A DNA stretch of 64,000 nt, taken from contig MU054098.1 in the NCBI GenBank assembly GCA_013239625.1, positions 1,489,104-1,553,103 of the forward strand, read 5' to 3'. Each line of letters begins with the position of its first letter. Within the stretch, counting starts at the first letter, position 1. The notes under the pieces were generated by a model. That model had not been told where the DNA came from and did no database searches. It saw only the letters and a list, made by a program, of their open reading frames with translations. A program made the position numbers and the translations under genes. Positions 52,928 to 64,000 of the stretch are shown piece after piece. This DNA is from Lama guanicoe (lineage: Eukaryota).

Positions 52928-53650
52928 TGTGGAGTAAAAGTAACCCTCATACACTGTTGGTTGAGATGTAAATTGGTACAGCCACCATGGAAAACAGAAT
53001 GGAAGTTTCTTAAAAGGCTGAAAATAGAACTACAGTATGAGCCCGAAATTCCACTCCTGGGTATATATCTAAAAAACAAAACAAAAACAAAAACACTGAT
53101 TCATAAAGACATGTGCACCTCATGTTCATAGCAGCATTTTTTCAATTGTCAAGATAGGGAAGCAACTTAAGTGTCCATCAACAGATGAATGGATAAAGAT
53201 GTGGTGTACATATATACAATGGAATACTGCTCGGCCATAAAAAAGAAGGAAATTTTGCCATTTGCAGCAATATGAATGGACTTGTAGGGCATTATCCTAA
53301 GTGAAATATGTCAGGGAAATACTATATGATATTACTTATATGTGGAATATAAAAAATACAACCAATTAGAGAGTATAACAAAAAAGGAGGAGACACAGAT
53401 ATAGAGAATATACTAGTGGTTACTACTGGGGAGAGAGAAGGAGGGAGGGGCAATATAGGGGTACAGGATTAAGAGGGACAAATTATTAGGTATAAACTAA
53501 GCTACAAGGATATATTGTACAACATGAGGAATATAAAAAAGTCTCATATTAACCATAAATGGAATACAACCTTTAGAAATTGTGAATCACCATATAGTAC
53601 ACCTGTAACTTATATAATATTGTATATCAACTATATTTCTATTTTTAAAA
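52928..53650 (+). mobile_element. Younger 5'-truncated L1 3' end nested in the L1 ORF1
   Basis: [42 protein letters not shown]; 3' UTR of the same family as 8500-9165; host ORF1 resumes gtgaaggagaaacag. Confidence 0.85.
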
Positions 53651-54684
53651 TGTGAAGGAGAAACAGATTTTCTTGGACAAACAAAAATTGAGGGAATTCA
53701 TTGCCAGTAGATCTATGTTGCAAGAAATATTAAAAAATAGTTCTTCAGAGAGAAGAAAAATGGTATACCAGAAATAAATTCAGGACATCACTATTGATGC
53801 CATGGACTTTAAAAAGTGTAATAAAGGAATATTACTAACAACTCTATGCTCACAAATTTGATAACCTAGATGAAATGGAACAATTCCTTGAAAGACACAA
53901 TCTGCCAAAACTCACAGAGGAAGAAACAGGCAATCTGAATGAGCTTATATCTATTAAAGAAATTGAATCAATAATTAATAACGTTTCCAAACAGCTAACA
54001 CCAGGCCTACATATGTTCACTGGTGAATTCTACCAAACACTTAAGGGAGAAATTATACCAATTCTGTAAAATCTCTTTCAGAAGATAAAGCAGAGAAATA
54101 TATCGTAACTCATTTTATGAGGCCAGCATTACTGCAATACCAAAACCAGACAAAATCATTACTAGGAAAGAAAACTGCAAATCAGTATATTTCCTAAACA
54201 TATAGGCAAGGATTTGCAATAAAATCTTATCAAATAAAATACAATGAATAAAAACTTATACACCACAACAATGTCAACTCATCCCAAGTATAGAAGGTGA
54301 GTTCAACATTTAAAAATCAATTAATGTAATCCATCCTATCAACAGACTAAAGAAGAAAAATCCCATGATCATATTAACACAGGTGGAAAAAAATTTGACA
54401 GAATCCAATACACATTCTTGATAAAAGCTCTCAGCAAACAAGGAACGGAGGGGAACTTCCTCAACATGATAAAAAAAAAAAAACTACAAAAACACCACAG
54501 CAAACATCATATTTAATTGGAGAAACTAGAAGCTTTCTCATTCACTAAGATCAGGAACAAAACAAGAATGTCCCTTCTCTCCATTCCTTTTCAACATCAC
54601 ACTGGAAGTTTCAGTTAATGAGATAATACAAAAGGAAATTAAAGGTATTATGACTGGGAAGGAAGAAATAAAACTGTCTTTATA

Positions 54685-54903
54685 GCTGAATTTAGAGCTG
54701 ATTGGTCACAAATAACAATGACAACTTCAGATTGTCATCTAAAGTGCGAGAAGTGTGTGAAACTAAACCCTTAACTTGAGGAATCTGACATTAACTCTAA
54801 GTACATAGTGTCAGAATTTAATTGAATTGCATGACACCTTGTTGTTGTCAGCAAGGTAGAGGAGTGGTGTTGGACAAGACACCATACGTTTGGTGTTAGA
54901 AGC
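54685..54903 (+). mobile_element. MER21-like LTR fragment
   Basis: ggaatctgacattaactctaagtacatagtgtcagaatttaattgaattg...tttggtgttagaag. Confidence 0.7.
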
Positions 54904-56218
54904 CCTGAAAGTAAAAACACTGCAAAATACAAGTAAGTTATTTTTCAGGCATTAAGAAATTGATTCCAAAGTTTATACAAAGAGTCAAAAGATCCAGAAT
55001 TGCTAATACAACATTGAAGGAAGGAAAACAAAGTTGGGGGACTGACACTACTCAACTTCAAGAGCTATTATAAAGTGACAATAACCAAGACAGTATGGTA
55101 TAGATGAAGGAATACAAACAAAATAGCCTATAAATAGACTCACATAAATATAGCCAACTAATCTTTGACAAAGCAAAATCAATATAATGGAGAAAAGATA
55201 GTCTTTTCAACAAATGATGCAGGCACAACTGTACATCAACATGTAAAAAAATGAATCTAGATATGGACATAACACCCTTGACAAAAATTAACTTAAAATG
55301 TATCATAGATCTAAATGTAAAATGCAAAACTATGAAACTCCTAGAAGATAAAGTAGGAGAAAATCTTGGTGAACCTGAGTGTGGGGATGGTTTTTTACGT
55401 ACGACACCAAAGGCACAATCTGTGAAAGAAATAATTGGCAAGCTGGACTGTATTAAAATTAAAAACTTCCATTCTGTGAATTACACTGTCAAGATGAGAA
55501 CACAAGCCACAGACTGGGAGAAATGATTTATAAAAGACATCCGAAAAAGAACTGTTATCCAAAATATACAAAGAACTCTTAAAACTCAGCAATAAGAAAA
55601 CAACTCCATTTAAAAATGGGCAAAAAACCTGAAGAAACACTTCAAAGAAGATAAACAGATGGCAAATAAATATAAAATAAGTATACAAAAAATGCTTAAT
55701 GTCATATATTATTGGGGAATTGCATATTAAAACAATGAGTTACAACTATAAAACTATTAGAATGGTAAAGTCAAAACACTGACAACACCAAATGCAAGGA
55801 TGTGAAGTAACAGGAATTCTCATTCATCACTGGTGGGAATGCAAAATGGTAGAGTCACTTTGAAGACAGTTTGGCAGTTTCTTACACAACTAAACATACT
55901 CTTATACAATCTATCAGTGACACTCCTTGGAATTTATCCAGATGATTTAAAAATTTATGTCCACACAAAACCCTGCACATTAATGCTTATAGCATTTTTA
56001 ACTGCCAAAACTTAGAAGCAACCAAGATGTCCTTCAGTAGGTGAATGGATAAACTGTGCTACAACCATTTAATGGACGCTAAAAGTGCTAAAAGTAAATG
56101 AGTCATCAAGCCATGAAAAGACATGGAGTAAATTTAAATGCCTTTTACTAACAGAAAGACGACAATCTGAAACAGCTACATAATACATGATTTCAACTAT
56201 ATGACAATCTGGAAGAGG

Positions 56219-56550
56219 TCCAATTTCATTCTTTTTCATGTAAAATAGCCAGTTTTCCCAAAATCATTTGCTGAAGAGATTATCATTTCCTCAAAGTATA
56301 GTCCTTGTTGAAGATCAATTAGCCATGTATGCAAAAGTTTATTTCTGGACTGTCTATTCTGTTCAGTGGTGTATATGTCTGCCTCTATTCAACATCATAT
56401 ATTTTGTTATTGTAGCTCTATAATATATTTTGAAATCAGGAAATGTGAGTCCTCCAGCTTTCTTTTCTTTCTCAAATTATTTTGGCTACTCAGGGTCCTT
56501 TGAGATTCGGTATGAATTTTAGGTTTTTTTTATATATCTAAAACAATGCC
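56219..56550 (-). mobile_element. L1 ORF2 fragment, inverted relative to the upstream L1
   Basis: ccagttttcccaaaatcatttgctgaagaga...cctccagctttcttttctttctcaa. Confidence 0.85.
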
Positions 56551-56551
56551 A

Positions 56552-56830
56552 AGTTCTGATGACTGCCAGCATTTATTGGCTTGTGGCCACATCACTTCAA
56601 TCTCTGCCTCAGTGGTCACATAGTCTTTTTGTCTATTAGTAATCAAATCTCCCTTTTATAAGAACATTTATTATTGCATTTTAGGTGTTCCCAGATAGTC
56701 CAGAATAATCTCCCCATATAAATGTCCAAAAGTTAATCATATTTGCAAAGTATCTGCCATATATTATAACATTCACATATTAAAATGTTTATGTGAACCT
56801 CTTTTGGGACCATTATTCAGCCTACCATAA
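56552..56830 (-). mobile_element. MLT1 LTR fragment
   Basis: ttggcttgtggccacatcacttcaatctctgcctc...gaccattattcagcctacca. Confidence 0.8.
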
Positions 56831-58119
56831 TAATTTAACAAAATTACCTTTCAGTCTGCTTAAAAATAAATATGTCCATAGACATTCTAAAAAGATAAGG
56901 CTATACAATTTTTTGGGCTTAGAGATTGTTTTTTAAATTGGCTTATTTATGATTCCTGTTATATTATTTTTGTAATAATACAATTTAACTTTTTTTGAAA
57001 AAAATAGACTTTTGGAAAAAGATCTGTTCATTTCTTGAGTTTACTGATATGATGTACTAAAGACAAATGAATTAGAAATTCATGGTTTACATTCCTTTTT
57101 GTGTTTGATAAAAATGTATAGTTTGCTAAACTGAAAATATTGGAAAATCAATCAAGACGAATTTTGCATAATTAAAAAAACTGCTAGATTGTCATTGTAT
57201 GCATTACCATGCAAATGACTTCTTGATCAAATTTCAAATATATATGCTATTCAGAAGATGCATTATACAGGAACAGTTTTCTTTACAAAAATTACCTAAA
57301 GCAAATTTAACAGTTACAGCAAATACAAATAATACTGTCAATAGCTCTCACTCAACTGCAAAAATTCATTTATATTTATGTAAAACGAGGATTTAATTTG
57401 TTTGGACTTATCTGCATTAAAGAATTTTAATTAAAATCTTTTTCAACCAGTAATTTTTGGTTAATCCAGGTTAAAATCACCATGCTTTCATTCAAATAAT
57501 CCTTTATATTTTTCAAATTACTTCAATATACATTAATCTCATTTGGACTTTAAAACATTCCTGTAAAGTCTGCAAATAAAGTATTATTACTGTCATTATG
57601 TAGAGGTTTTAAGTGACTTCTTCAAACTATAGAGCAACTTATAACAAATTAATATACGTAACCCAAGTCTAATGTTTTTTTTTTTAAACCTTAACAAAAC
57701 TTCTTTATAAAATCTGGTTTAGACTGGCAAGTTTCAGGAAACAGAAGTTACAAAAAAATTTCCAGATGCTATCAAAATAATAGGGTCCCAAACATTTGAA
57801 TTGTAAGGTGTAGTATACACTTGGATATCTCACCACCAAAAAAAAAAAAAGGTATCTACTAGAGAAGTAATCCATATAGAGATAATTATAGAAGCCACAA
57901 GGGTAGGTAACTTCTGCAAGGAAGATTGAAAAAGATTAAAAGTCAGGATAGAAACATAGAGAATGCCCACCTTGCTTAACTTTGTTTCTTAAGCCCAAAT
58001 AGAAGATCTGGCAGATGTTAAAGCTTCTCTAGTTATTCAAAAGTATTAATGAATAATTTCATTTTTTGGTATTTAAATCTGCCATTCATTTAGTACATAC
58101 CTCCTTTTCTCATTGAGCT

Positions 58120-58770
58120 CTGTTGTTTTAGGCTGCTGGGTTTTACAGAATTTTTAAGATGTTCCCACAAGACTCCTCTCCTCTGGGTATTCAATTAAAC
58201 ATAACTCAAAACTACTGCTCTGAAGGGGCCTTGCTGATAAAATTAAGGTTGCTAATCAACTGATCTTAAGTATAGAAATTATCCTAGGTTGTCCAGGTGG
58301 GCCCAATAGAATCACAGGGGCCCATAAAGCAGAAGACGAAAATAAGATACAGGTGAGAGATGCCGCAGACAAGATGAGCTAGAAAAGCCAAAGATACATC
58401 AACCATGAGAGGGCCTCTCTCTGCTGTTTCTGGCACTGAAAGAGACAAAGAGCCAGGGAATGTCAGAGGCTTCAAGAAGCTGAGAACTGCCAGTCAACAA
58501 CTCTTAAGGAAATGAGGCTCTTAGTCCCACAGATGCATAGAAATCAATTCAGCCATCAACCTGAATGAGCCCAAAGGATTCTCCCCCAGAGCCCTGAGAA
58601 AGGAATGCAGCGTGGCCGACACCCTTATTTCAGTCTTTTGAGTCCCTTAGCAGGGAAACCACCTCAGCCATGCTATACCTGGATTTTAGATGGACAGAGT
58701 GTGAAATAATAAATTTGCTTTGTCTTAAGCTCTGAACTTTGTGATACTACAGCAGGAATAGTAAACAAAT
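58120..58770 (+). mobile_element. MLT1 (E/F-like) LTR
   Basis: attaaggttgctaatcaactgatcttaag...caacctgaatgagc...ataataaatttgctttgtcttaagc...gcaggaatagtaaacaaata. Confidence 0.85.
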
Positions 58771-58927
58771 AGAGCTGGAAGTTCTGGAGTGAGGAAGAAA
58801 GACATAGCTACCTCTGTATTTTCCCATGTTTTTACCTTCTCATCTGCTCCCTCTGTTGCCTCTGACCCCCTTTAGAGTAGAAAAGTGCTTATTTATTTAA
58901 CGCAGCTATAATATAGCATTGGTGCCT

Positions 58928-59328
58928 ATATTAGTCAGGGTTCTCCTGTGAAACAGAAACAGTAGGATATATACAGATATAGATATAAGAAGAGATTTAT
59001 TATAGGAATTGACTCACGTAATTATGGTGGCTGAAAAGTCCCATGATCTGCAGTCTGCAAAGCTGGAAAACCAGGTAAGCTGGTGGCATACTTCAGTCTG
59101 AATCCAAAGTCCTGAGAACTGGGAGGGCCGATGGTATAAGTCACAATCTGGGTCAAAAAACCCAAGAACCAGGAGCGCTGATAGGATACGGCAGGAGAAA
59201 ATGGATGTCTCAGCTCAGAGAGAGCAACTGTTCCCTGCCTCCATCTTTTTCTTCTATTCAGGGCTTCAACAGATTGGATGATGCCCCTTCAGCATTGGTG
59301 AGAATAATTTTCTTTACTCAGTCTACTG
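58928..59328 (-). mobile_element. MLT2 (ERVL) LTR fragment
   Basis: tattagtcagggttctcc...gagatttattataggaattgactcacg...cagattggatgatgccc...tttactcagtctact. Confidence 0.9.
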
Positions 59329-59329
59329 C

Positions 59330-59460
59330 AAACACCTGGGGAGATTTTGAAAACTCTTTTAAGTAGCATCCAGACCAATTAAATCAGAAACCTTGCCATC
59401 AGTATCTTTAAAGCACCCCAGGTTATCCAATACGCTGCCAAATTTGAGAACTACTAACCT
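59330..59460. mobile_element. MER5A-like hAT fragment
   Basis: cacctggg...ccagaccaattaaatcagaa...aagcaccccaggt...tttgagaactact. Confidence 0.7.
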
Positions 59461-59806
59461 AGCATTGCTTCCCCATAGTTGGTAAAACTCAAATGCAAAT
59501 TCTTCCAGGCCCACTTCAAATGCAACTTTTTCTATGAAGCCTGTCCTTCAAATTCTTAAGAGAATGTAATTACTTCACGTAACTATTTACACTTTTCTCA
59601 GGGGCATATTTGACTACTTACCACTTAAAACAATGCAAATTTAGTATCGCAGTTTCCATAAGTCTCTAATATTACCACTTGCTCTAAACCACTCTCACCC
59701 CCTGCCTAGTCTGTTACAATAGTTTCCAAAGTAATTCATCTTTTTTTGATTCTACATTCCTCACGCAACCCAGTCCATACTCTGTCTAGCAAACCGAATC
59801 ACTATT

Positions 59807-60112
59807 TGTCAGCAGCCTTAAGTGAGTACGCCATGGGGCCCAGGCCAAAGTTCACGATAGCTTGCACCTGGTAAGAGGTAAATGTACGCATGCTCCCGTA
59901 TAGTGAGCCCGCATTATGAACAATACGCATGCACCACTAGCATTATAAAAGGGACAAGTGCGGACACCTGCGTGCACGCCACCCGCTTGTACTGAAATAA
60001 AGTGCTGTTTTGCTCCATGTCGGCTCCTTGCCTATTATGTGGGCTCCTCGCGCCTTCTTCCAGTTGGGCAGCTCACCTCCTCGAATCCGTCTTCAGCCTC
60101 CCTCGGCTGACA
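59807..60112 (+). mobile_element. Compact 306-bp CpG-rich solo LTR with 5-bp TSD
   Basis: Perfect inverted termini TGTCAGC / GCTGACA, TSD ctatt (59802-59806, 60113-60117), TATAAAA 59944-59950, AATAAA 59996-60001, 16 CpG; sits in L2-like sequence. Confidence 0.9.
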
Positions 60113-60269
60113 CTATTTCACCATTTAAAATTGAGTATGTCACTCCCTTGCTTTAAAAAACAAACGAAAATTCTTCTTTGGTTTACCATGGTCTGTCTCT
60201 GCATGATCCATTACCCATTTTTTTCCTTCTTGTCCACCATTCCACAGCTATACTGGCCTTCTTTTAGAT

Positions 60270-60752
60270 AAAGTTCTCTGCTCAAGACCCCACGTGGCAA
60301 AAATCAAGGTGCCAGTTGGGACTCTATTCTCATATGAGGCTCTGAGCCCACTTTCAAACTCATTCAGGCGGTTTCCATAATCCAATTCTTTGTGGTTCTA
60401 GGACTAACATCCCAGTTTTCTCGCTGGCTATCAACTAGGGGCCACTCTCAGCAACTAGAGGCTTCTCTCGAGTCTTTCCATGAGGATCCCTCCATCTTCA
60501 AGCAAGCAGGAGTGCCTTCAGCTTCCATATGCTTTGAATCTCTGATTTCTTCAGCTACTATGCAGAGAAAACTCTGCTTTTAAAGGACTTGTACAATTAG
60601 GTTAGGCCTACCTAGATAATATCCCTATTTTACAGTCAGATGATTAGTAACTTTAATTACATTTTCAAAATCTCTTTTGCCAGGCTGCACAATCATGTGA
60701 GTAACACCAGTGAGAGTAGCTCATGGGGACCCTCTTAGAACTCTTCCTACCA
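60270..60752 (-). mobile_element. MLT1 LTR
   Basis: aaatcaaggtgccagttggg...ttctttgtggttctaggact...ttttaaaggactt...attaggttaggcctacctagataat...ttcctaccaca. Confidence 0.8.
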
Positions 60753-61750
60753 CACTTCATTTACGGTATATTGGTTTTGGGGTGGGAAGCTGTTTAAGAG
60801 CAAAACTAAGTCATAGATTTCTTTTTCTTTTCCCTACTCTTTCTTCCATAATCCACAACTCAGAACAATTCTACAAACATAAAAGTTCCTCATAAATACT
60901 TGTTGACTAAACTAATGGCAAATTACAGTCAACCTGCTAATTTCAAAATTTACACATACGATTCACACTTGAAATAACCCCCCCCAAATCATATTTTGTG
61001 GCAGACAGATTGTGACAGCACATCTAAAAATTGCAATACAAATAATCTCATTGAAAAGTATGGTGGGCAAAGTGAAAATAGTGGTGTGACTCCATTAAAG
61101 GTCTAATTTAGTAGACATGTTCTCTGAGGAAAGCTATTTTTTAACTATTGTCTTATAAAAAGAAAAGAAAAATCCTAGGCTACCATTTATTTTGTCAAAG
61201 TTCATGTGATAAATTGATGTATTTATAAAGTTATCCTGATGCTATCCATTTTCCCAAACATATACAATTCATGACTTTTATAATACTTGTATTGCACACT
61301 TAAAGGATGCATGCTTTCGTGTTCATGTACTGTAGAATAAATTTATTTGCTTTAAATTACTACACTGGCAACATGAGCTTACAATTTTAAAATTCAAGAA
61401 CATCAAACTTCTAGAGGGGTGAACATTTAGAAAGGTGGATGCTTCAGAATAAGGCTACCCATGTCTCTTTACTACCTGTGGTCAATTTGTTCTGCTTGCT
61501 TAGAAATCTGCACATATTTGGGATTTTTTGGCACAACATTGCATGTAATGCTTTCAATGGTAATATCGACACCTATTTATTCACAGTGGGATATTTTACA
61601 CTTTAAATAGTAGTTTCTCATAAGTAGCCTGATCTTCCACAACTTGAAAATGAAATCAACCAACTAGAGGCATTTTTCCTACAGTTGGTTTAATGCTACA
61701 AATTGAAATCATTGCTTCTTTTTGCCCGTGACATTGCTTTGCTATTTCAG

Positions 61751-61762
61751 GCACCTTCAAAG
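61751..61762 (+). other. Candidate 12-nt microexon (GCACCTTCAAAG), host gene unidentified
   Basis: ttgctttgctatttcAG|GCACCTTCAAAG|GTaaag; four UGC motifs within 40 nt upstream; branch-like cgtgAc at -20; no stop in any frame; flanks appear repeat-free. Confidence 0.5.
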
Positions 61763-62534
61763 GTAAAGCCATATAAGCTTACACACTTTTTATTTGAATG
61801 TTTAATTTAAAAACAGGACTGCTATTTGTACAATATATAATATTTAACCTAAGTGCTTTCAGAAAACACAAATATATGGGAAATAATTCTCTGCCAATCA
61901 ATATAAACCAGACATATTTATATCATGTATTATAAAATGATTTTGTCCAGTCATGGTGGTTTAAATAGAATTAATATTAAGTATGTTTGACTGTACTCAC
62001 ATAACTTGCAATTCCCGCAATCTAAATACTGGGGGTGATGGGTTTTTAAGTGATTGTGAAAAAACCCAAAACCAGATTTTCCTCTTAGTGATTTTTTAAA
62101 ATCCAAATTATTATTCTCTTATAATTTGGCTTCATACTTTATCACCCTTCCTCACCTGTCCACACTCTGAGTATGGCTTCTCTACCTCCCTTCACCTCTT
62201 TTATATTCAGAGTTTTTGTATTCTGCCTGCTCCCACCATGAAACCAGAAGAAGAATATCTATTTCTAATCTTAAAAGGTGATATAATGTCAAATCTCTTC
62301 ATCCAAAATGAGAATAAGGCTTCAGTAAAGCATTGCATTTTCAATTAAAGTCACAGAAGTATTTATTTCACATTATAAGTGTAATTGTTTACAGTCTGCT
62401 TAAATCATTTTGTATTACTAGAATTTTTCTGCATTAAATAATGTACAAATAAGCAGACTGATGGTACTAGATTGGAAAACATCTTGTTCTATAAAGAATT
62501 TTATCAGTGGGCTCAAGTCTATTGTAACACAGTA

Positions 62535-62745
62535 TCACCAAAGTGCTTTGTAAGTATTTATCTCATTTATTCCCAACAATCCCACTAGGTAGTTACTACA
62601 TGAGTATGTCCATTTTACAGAATGGAAAACTGAGAATAAGGGAAGGAGTTTGCAATTTGTGAAGGTCACATAGTTAATAATAATGAAACTAAAATTTGAA
62701 TCCAGGCAGCCCACCATCAGAGTTAGTACCACTATATACATTACC
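62535..62745 (-). mobile_element. MIR
   Basis: tctcatttattcccaacaatccc...ccattttacagaatggaaaactgag...gaaggtcacatagttaataa...tttgaatccaggcag. Confidence 0.85.
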
Positions 62746-63170
62746 ACCTCCTGATTTTGTTAAGAGATCAAATGTTTATGAACATGCAGATAACTGTTTA
62801 CACACAGTGAGGCACTGAAATCTTTTGGTTTACATAAATGCATACCTTGCCTCTATGGCTTTTTTCATGAGAGCATGTTACAAATACTAAACGACAGAAA
62901 ACTTGCATAGTTTAGTGATCATTGGAATTAAGGAAATAGTAATCCAACAATTACCAGCTAAAATTGAACAACTTGAAATTTTAACATAGACAGGAATGAC
63001 AAGTTATACACCTTTATTGCCATAAGGGTTTGCACCAAGCAGAGGTATTGCTCTATGAAAATGAAAATGTAATTCCTCCCCCAATGTGAGCATCTTAGTA
63101 GTGTGGATGTAGGCTTTAAAGGTGTTATTTTTTAAATAAAGTTTCAAAAATTTAATATATATATTATAAA

Positions 63171-63190
63171 TATCTATCTATCTATCTATC

Positions 63191-63242
<52 letters not shown>
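63171..63242. repeat. (TATC)n / (GATA)n microsatellite
   Basis: About 18 TATC units with one 3-nt interruption. Confidence 0.97.
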
Positions 63243-64000
63243 CCTATTCATTCACCACTGCATTTTCTGACATATTTTATATTCATGTTCCTGCGGGAAA
63301 TAGCTTCATAAGGTATCCTCATAATGCCTGAAATTTCCGTAACAATCCCCTAACTTAACCTCATTGCTAATCATAATTACAGCTGTGTCCCTGTCACACG
63401 CAGCTGTGAGAGAATCAGAATGTTGAAAGCTAATAAGTTCACAGATGGTCTAAACTTGCTTACCAGATTCAAATAAAATTTATGGGTTATACCAATCAAA
63501 AGCAATCTAAACCATTTATTATAAAGCCTGAACAAAAATAAAAGAAGATCTAAGTGAGTAAAAATCAATTTAAAATCCAAAATGAAATGAAAAGCCTTTC
63601 CAGGTGAATATACAAAACATTGCTCATTATTGATGTAGGTAAAACAGAAAATAACTAAAATGTCTTGAAAATGCCAGGATTAAATAAGATAAGCATGAGT
63701 GGAATGTCAGGTCTCAAAAATTCCAGAAGGCTCGAGATATAGGTGCCACCGAAGCCTAAAATTTCCAATTCCTTAAATAAATTTAACCTTTTTGACTTTT
63801 TTTTTTACTTTACCAACATAAAGATGGGAGTCACTGTGTGTAAATATCCAGAAATACAGAACCAAAAAGGAGTTCTCCAATAATGAATCTCCCATTTTAA
63901 TGACAGTTATTGAATTGACTGAGTCAATAGTCAGTGGCAGAACTAAGAGGAGGGCCCCTAACATTCAGTTGAATAAATATTTGATGACACTATAACATCT

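Larger units (their letters stand above)
52090..56218 (+). mobile_element. Fragmented older L1 (ORF1, deleted ORF2, L1MC-like 3' end) with nested insertions
   Basis: ORF1 remnants (IIGIPEGEKREKE), ORF2 remnants (MEQFLERHNLPKLTEEE...FTGEFYQT; TPLTKINLK..DLNVK.KTMKLLEDKVGE). Confidence 0.85.

Noticed and set aside
59807..60112. Assignment as a deltaretroviral or lentiviral LTR, or as a hAT MITE with 8-bp TSD
   Set aside because: Too short and the wrong TSD length for a deltaretrovirus; no coding sequence supports a lentivirus call; TG..CA ends with TATA and AATAAA fit an LTR better than a MITE.
1..64000. CRISPR arrays, tRNA/rRNA genes, CpG-island promoter, intact protein-coding genes
   Set aside because: None seen: this is mammalian repeat-rich DNA, the CpG-rich patches are explained by repeats, and the remaining ORFs are short and lack recognisable domains.

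Overview
Eutherian mammalian genomic DNA from a draft assembly (965-N gap at 31929-32893). It is AT-rich, CpG-depleted and dominated by interspersed repeats: LINE-1 of several ages (one near full-length decayed copy at ~44.8-51.5 kb and one young, still-open ORF2 fragment next to the gap), ancient MIR, L2 and hAT relics, MaLR/ERVL LTRs and several younger solo LTRs. I recognise no lineage-specific SINE (no Alu, B1/B2, Bov-tA/BovB, PRE1, CanSINE, CHR). Together with the laurasiatherian-looking L1s this points, by inference only, to a SINE-poor lineage such as camelids. I recognise no protein-coding gene: the ORF track is L1 debris, gap read-through or chance ORFs, so the window reads as a large intron or intergenic region. 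I found no convincing novel biological system. The best leads are (1) a 12-nt microexon candidate at 61751-61762 with SRRM3/4-type UGC motifs, (2) a compact CpG-rich 306-bp solo LTR with a 5-bp TSD at 59807-60112, (3) a young L1 ORF2 with an in-frame 6-codon deletion, (4) a GATA/AP-1/STAT-dense, hairpin-rich unique block at ~30.3-31.2 kb, and (5) an AG|GT recursive-splice-like site at ~3085. Repeat family names are by-eye resemblance to remembered consensus sequences, not database hits, and most repeat boundaries are approximate.
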